A stretch of 64,000 nucleotides of DNA from Octopus sinensis (lineage: Eukaryota): NCBI RefSeq assembly GCF_006345805.1, contig NC_043021.1, positions 17,546,001 to 17,610,000 on the forward strand, given 5' to 3'. This document shows, in pieces, positions 61,690 to 64,000 of this stretch. A program made the position numbers and the translations under genes. The notes under the pieces were generated by a model. That model saw only the letters and a program-made list of their open reading frames with translations, had not been told where the DNA came from and did not search any database. Each line of letters opens with the position of its first letter. Position 1 is the first letter of the stretch.

Positions 61690-62790
61690 AGATGGTGAAC
61701 GAGTGTGGTCTCCGTTCGTCAAACTTGTTTCCTAGGTTCACTAGTTTTAGTGAACTAGAACCAGGGATCAAACGTAGACCGAAGTTGGGTGCGAGGCAAG
61801 CCGAGTGTCGCAAGGCTCTCGTGCTCTTCTGCTGCACGGGTAATGCTGGTAGCGTGGGGTCCACCTCGTTGTTCTGTACAGGGTTTGTAGAGGCCAAGTG
61901 TGATGACGCTCTGGAGGAAACCCTTGGCTTTGACGAAGGTCAACTAGCCAGCCTGTTCCAAAGGACATTCGGGCCAGGATCCCTGGACAATTTCTAGAAG
62001 TCCCTTGCCTGGCAGTGTTACCGAGGAGCCTTACCTGTTCACAATAAACTCGCAAGGTACGGTGCCTCATGCTCACCCACATGCCCGAGATGTGGGTGGG
62101 TCAGTGAAACTGTTACGCACACGTCTTTGCAGTGTTCGAGGATTTCAGAGCTGTCGGTTTACGTCGAACCACTGCTGCCGTGTCTAGGAAGTGTACAGCT
62201 GTCGTCCAAGTCAAAGATTGCTCCAGTTCCCTCACTGAACAGAGAAGGTAAGGCTTGTTTCCTCATAGTGGTCACTATAGCGAAAGAAGACATATGGAGG
62301 ACACGGATGAAAGGATTGGCGACAGGCATCTTCCTTTCTGGCTAAGGTTTGGTAAACTTTTGTTTCCCTTCTACAGAGGAAAATAAGGCTAGAAAGGAGG
62401 TGCCTATCTTTGGACACGTATACCACTTGCTTCCATCTTTTACCATACATGTTTGGGAATGTAAAACCCTGCGTGAGTGTAATCCATAAAAGGTCAACCA
62501 AAAGCTTCAGTAGGGGAACGTGTCTTGCGGGGTCGTTACCGTCCCCCAATTTAATTGTACTGTTATATTGTTTCATCCGTTTTATTTCCATAAATTTTTT
62601 ATTTCATCTCTATGTAATTGCATTCTCTCCCCGACCCCGTATTCACTTTCGTATTGTCCCTTCTATGTTTGGCTCTTGTGGCCGGAATAAAATCCGTTCC
62701 CCCTCACCTTTGTGTTGGACGTGTTATATCCTAAGTTGCTGATTAAGTCTAATGTAATTGTTGGATTTGCTGTTATTTGTGTTTTTTTTA
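61690..62790 (+). mobile_element. Tx1/L1-like LINE ORF2 C-terminus and 3' UTR
   Basis: zf-RVT-like CPRCGWVSETVTHTSLQC at 62082-62135; AKEDIWRTRMKG; T-rich 3' UTR. Confidence 0.75.
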
Positions 62791-62989
62791 AAACACCTTG
62801 TTTTCTGCGTTTGGCAGTTTAACTTCCACCCCCACCCCCCTTGTGTGAAAGGGGAAACTATTGTTTTTGTTGGATGCTTTCACCCCCAAAATTTTTAATC
62901 TGGAAAATGAGTAGTTCCTCTGGCGAGGCAACTGCCATGGAATCTATCCTGGGTACGCCTACTGAGGAGGAAAGGATAAAGTCGAACCA

Positions 62990-63481
62990 CTGGTGAGACC
63001 CATATTGGAGTACAGGATTCAAGCCTCTTATCTCCTCAAAGACATACATCACCTCGAAAGAGTCCAGAAGCTGGTTACCCGCATGGTTCTTGGCCTTCAA
63101 GCATTTGTCTTATGAAGAAGAAAGGCTGAAGACGCTCGACCTTTATTCTCTAGAAAAACGACGCCGTGGTGATCTCATTCTTGCTCACAACATCATAAGC
63201 GGAAAGTGTAACCTCTTGAAAGAGCTGTTCTTCACTCTGAAAAGCTCTATCTGCGACGATTTCATCTCAGTCGAAGAAGAGGGGCTTTCTCCGTCCGGGT
63301 TGCGGATCCGTGGAATAAGCTACCGGACAAGATAGAGAAGATGTCGACGACCGCTTGGTTCAAAGTCTCTCTTGACCAGAAATGGCCTGAACTCTTTGCA
63401 TGAACACCCCTGTACATAACTCCACGTCCCCCTACATGGCCTTGCTATTTGCTTTTGAGCCAAAAAATTAACTTAACTTAA
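62990..63481 (+). mobile_element. CR1-type LINE 3' fragment
   Basis: LVRPILEY...KDI..LERVQK...LSYEE.RLK.L.LYSLEKRR.GDLI; (AACTT)n tail. Confidence 0.9.
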
Positions 63482-63669
63482 GTGACAAAGTTGCAGCGGC
63501 AGCTAGAGTAAACAGATAGGAACTGAATATCAAACTAAACAAACTGAGGAAATACAAAGGATGGATTCAAAGGGAGGGGCTCGAGGTGAAAGACACCCCT
63601 CTCAGTGAAGCAACGCACCCCAGTATACCATTATATACAAGACATTCATCATAAAGGCAACTTCATGAA

Positions 63670-64000
63670 AAGGACTCCCTAAAAACAAACCTCAAAAAGT
63701 GTGACATCGACTTCACTAACTGGGAGGAAACAGCAAAAAACAGACCACTCTGGAAAACCACCATCCATGAGGGAACGGCGAATTTCGAGTCGAAAAGGTC
63801 TGCAGAGCTGGAGGAGAAAAGACGACGACGGAAGGAGCACCAACAACAACCACGTGCAACTCTCCCTTCCGGCACTAGATGTCCGCATTGCAACCGATCT
63901 TTTCAAGCAAGAATTGGTCTTATCGGTCACCTACGGACTCACCAGTAAATTTGCGCGAAGACCATCATCCTCGACCTTGAGGGATTGCCATCATCATTCA
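63670..64000 (+). mobile_element. RTE (BovB-like) LINE 3' end with C2H2 finger
   Basis: KDSLKTNLKKC.I...WE..A..R..W...CPHCNRSF.ARIGL.GHLRTHQ* (stop 63946-63948), then 3' UTR with (CAT)n. Confidence 0.88.

Overview
Eukaryotic, repeat-saturated, AT-rich DNA. The SINE families, microsatellite load and gene structure point to a cephalopod (Octopus-like) genome; this is an inference. Two spliced + strand genes can be rebuilt with consistent splice phases: MRPL47 (4 exons, 16603-29186, about 268 aa) and a UBXN10-like UBX-domain gene (4 exons, 39620-49456, about 348 aa). The rest is mostly tRNA-derived SINEs, hAT and piggyBac-like MITEs, non-autonomous Helitrons, two mariner relics, and CR1, RTE, Tx1-like, Gypsy, Penelope-like (PLE) and R2 fragments. 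Best observations: (1) a 5.3-kb palindrome with 2.2-kb arms centred on a PLE GIY-YIG fragment, with an intact-looking hammerhead ribozyme in each arm; (2) several smaller fold-back elements in (TA)n tracts with non-canonical hammerhead-like cores; (3) a multi-step templated insertion that copied part of MRPL47 exon 4 into a mariner, plus many other local templated duplications; (4) an R2-type three-zinc-finger + Myb fragment with no rDNA around it; (5) a GMEB-like SAND-domain retrocopy joined head-to-head to a CR1 3' end. Coordinates were counted by hand; repeat boundaries are approximate (about +/-10 nt). Family names come from remembered motifs, not database searches.
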